A stretch of DNA of 63,099 nucleotides, counting the filler, from Reticulomyxa filosa (lineage: Eukaryota > Protista > Foraminifera), in NCBI GenBank assembly GCA_000512085.1. It is 19 parts of 19 records of this genome, joined end to end, with 100 filler letters (N's around TTAATTAATTAA, not from the genome) between each part and the next. Parts side by side here need not be neighbours in the genome. Positions count along the whole stretch, not along the records: positions 56,244 to 61,885 come from ASPP01001185.1; positions 61,986 to 63,099 come from ASPP01011582.1; 17 more parts are not named here. The stretch is one strand, 5' to 3'. A program made the translations under genes and the position numbers. Of the stretch, positions 60,861-63,099 are shown piece after piece. The first letter of the stretch is position 1. The number at the start of each line of letters is the position of its first letter. The notes under the pieces are model-generated. The model saw only the letters and a list, made by a program, of their open reading frames with translations, was not told the DNA's origin and did no database searches.

Positions 60861-61069
60861 GAATGTGTATTAATTTATATTTGGGAATAGTACAAGCTTG
60901 TTAATATAACACAATAAAAGAATTAACTCATTAAACAATTCAGAATAAAAATCTCGTTTTTCATATCGTCAAAATATTGTTGTCCCCCTTTCCCATTGAT
61001 CTTGAAGAAAAAATTCAATCATTTTTTACCTTACATCATCGAAGATAATCCCCAAAAAAAGTCGAAAGT

Positions 61070-61885
61070 ATGAACACTCAAAACAATGAAAAACAACCAG
61101 CATTGGTAAAATTCATTTAATCTTTTAAAACTTTATCTTCAGATTTTAATTTTATATGGTTTGTGGCTGTGATTGTAATTGAATTAGTCAGAAGAAGAAA
61201 TCCAATTAATTGTTCATCATTGGATTCGAATATTAAACATTAAATTAGGATGGATTCATGAATTTGACAAATATGTTGTCAATTATGTTATGTTTGTTTT
61301 GTTTTTGTTTCATTTATTAATCGTCAAACATTTATTTGTTGTTATAATCATTATTTTGTACAGGCAAATACTTTTTTCATTCTTGACGCATTTCTTTCAT
61401 CATCAAAATTATGCAATACATTCATTGGACACACTGGCGGTGTGTATGATATCGATATTTCAACACGTGACAATAGTCAACTCATTTGTTCTGTATCATC
61501 TGATAAAACAGTTCGTGTGTGGGATATTAATAGCAACAAACAAATTCAATCCAATGGACATTCAGCATTTGCCCATGGTACGAAATTTTCATCATATTAT
61601 TATCATAATCATCGTCAAAATGTCATTTGTTTTTCATTATATGACAAAACCATTCGTTTTTGGGATTTCGAAAATAATAAGCAGTTACAAATATTCAATG
61701 GACACACTAATGGTGTTTGTGGTATTGAATTTTCATCATTTAGTAGTGGTAGATATTTGTGTTCTGGATCATATGACAAAACAGTTCGTTTATGGGATGT
61801 CGAAACACCTAAATCATTACATGTCTTCAATGGACATGAGAATAGTATTTGGTGTGTTGATATTTCACCATTGCAAAGCAATAAC
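61070..61885 (+). CDS. Box-WD40 protein (ICSGS subfamily), intact until contig end
   Basis: Exons 61070-61105 (MNTQNNEKQPAL), 61188-61286 (SEEEIQLIVHHWIRILNIKLGWIHEFDKYVVNY) and 61364 onward (WD40). All introns are phase 0. Confidence 0.9.
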
Positions 61886-61985
61886 NNNNNNNNNNNNNNN
61901 NNNNNNNNNNNNNNNNNNNNNNNNNNNNNTTAATTAATTAANNNNNNNNNNNNNNNNNNNNNNNNNNNNNNNNNNNNNNNNNNNN

Positions 61986-63099
61986 CCGCTTGAGTCCCCG
62001 CTGTCTTCCCCTGAACTGTTGCCGGCAGCGCTGGTCACGGATACCGCCTACTGGCTGGCCGATATGGGGCGCAGCCGTTTCCTGTTCATGTCGCCGGGTT
62101 TCGAGGCTTTGTGGGGGTGTTCGCTGGCGTCGCTGCACGAGCAGCCTGCACGCTACCTGCAGGCCATTCATCCCGACGATCTTGCCGTGTTCGGCCATGG
62201 CCAGCCGTTGGCTGGCGGCCGGCAGCAACGCTGCTTCCGTGTGCGGCAGCCGGATGGCAGCTACCGCCGTATCGGCGAATGCACCTTCACCATGATTTCC
62301 CCGTTCGGTGGCGAGCCGCGTCTGGCTGGCGTAGCCTTTGCGCTGCCGGACAACGACGCGACGCTGGGCGGTGACTGGCTGGCCGGCAAGGAGGGCATCG
62401 TGGACGAACTGGCCGAGCTGTACCAGCGCAGCATTACCAACGACGACAACCTGCGCCACCTGTTTGCCCACTCGGCCATTGCCGTCATCGTGCTGGATGC
62501 CGAGGGTTACGTTTGCGAATGGAATGCCGAAGCCGAACGCCTGCTGGGCTGGCGTGACAATGCCGCGCTGGGGCGGCCGCTGTCGGCACTGATCGTGCCG
62601 CCCCAGCTGCAAAACCGTTTCCACGACTGGCTGTTTGCCGACGGCAGCGACGCCTTGGCGCACACCATGCGGCCGCTGGAAATGCCGGCCGTGCACGCCA
62701 ATGGCAGCCGGGTACCGCTGGAGCTGTCCGGCTGGCAGTTTGTGCTGTCCGGCCTGCCGTACCGTGGCATCACGCTGCGCGACATGACGCGCCAGCACGT
62801 GGCCGAGCAGGTGCTGTACGAGCACATGGAACGGGCACGCATGCTGTTCGAGTTTGCCAGCATCGCCATGGTGGTACTGGACCATACCGGCACCATCATC
62901 GACTGGAACATCCACGCCGAGCAGATCTTCGGTCTGCGCGGCGAAAATGCGGTTGGCCGCCCGTTGCTGGACGTGCTGCAGCTGGGGCCGGACCAGCTGC
63001 CGCCTGGCCTGAGTGTGGGCGATAACGGTCTGCAGCTGGCGGCGGAGGCGTCGCTGGAGTTCGTGTTGCAGCGCGCTGACGGCCCGCAGCACGTGGACG
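61986..63099 (+). CDS. Bacterial multi-PAS sensor protein, partial at both ends (probable contaminant contig)
   Basis: GC-rich and intronless, with the frame open across the whole contig. Three PAS domains: YWLAD..FMSPGFEALWG..AIHPDD..RQPDG, VIVLDAEGYVCEWNAEAERLLGW and VVLDHTGTIIDWNIHAEQIFG. Confidence 0.9.

Noticed and set aside
6969-61985. Recurrent TTAATTAATTAA as a CRISPR-like or biological repeat
   Set aside because: It is always centred in a 100-bp N block and is a six-frame-stop contig linker. Gene neighbourhoods across it carry no meaning.
61938-63092. 384-aa minus-strand ORF in the track
   Set aside because: It is the antisense shadow of the plus-strand PAS gene in GC-rich DNA.

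Overview
This is not one locus. It is 19 short contigs joined by 18 artificial 100-bp spacers (N-run + TTAATTAATTAA + N-run, stops in all six frames). Contigs 1-18 are AT-rich, intron-containing eukaryotic DNA. The gene-family signature (many WD40, Kelch and TRAF-type paralogues and pseudogenes, microsatellite-laden introns) strongly suggests the foraminiferan Reticulomyxa filosa; this is an inference. The last contig (61986-63099) is a GC-rich bacterial multi-PAS gene, probably a contaminant. Conventional genes include centrin, a double-PH CaaX protein, a NAF-domain (CIPK-like) kinase, ArfGAP, FMO, an alpha/beta hydrolase, eIF4A, an MRH lectin, a CLC channel and a START protein. The main finding is a modular beta-propeller system. 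A 33-37-aa motif (EIxxIIxxWIRxLxIKLGWIxEFDKxxxxY) sits on its own phase-0 exon. It occurs N-terminal to two different WD40 subfamilies and C-terminal to a Kelch propeller, with six copies in the window. Sister propellers carry recognisable E3-ligase modules instead (RING/TRAF-Zn-CC-WD40 and Kelch-CC-SAM-U-box). This suggests an expanded, exon-shuffled family of ubiquitin-ligase substrate receptors with an undescribed adaptor box. Other findings are an ExE-type ADP-ribosyltransferase with an R->C change, a degenerate Ycf45/SpoIIIAA ATPase, and a two-exon coiled-coil module found both free and fused to a methyltransferase. The window also holds a DUF898-like protein with a mitochondrial-type presequence, Tc1/mariner-like TIRs, a MITE, and a contig whose near-perfect inverted repeats enclose opposed LINE fragments. 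All domain calls were made by eye from motif knowledge; no searches were run.
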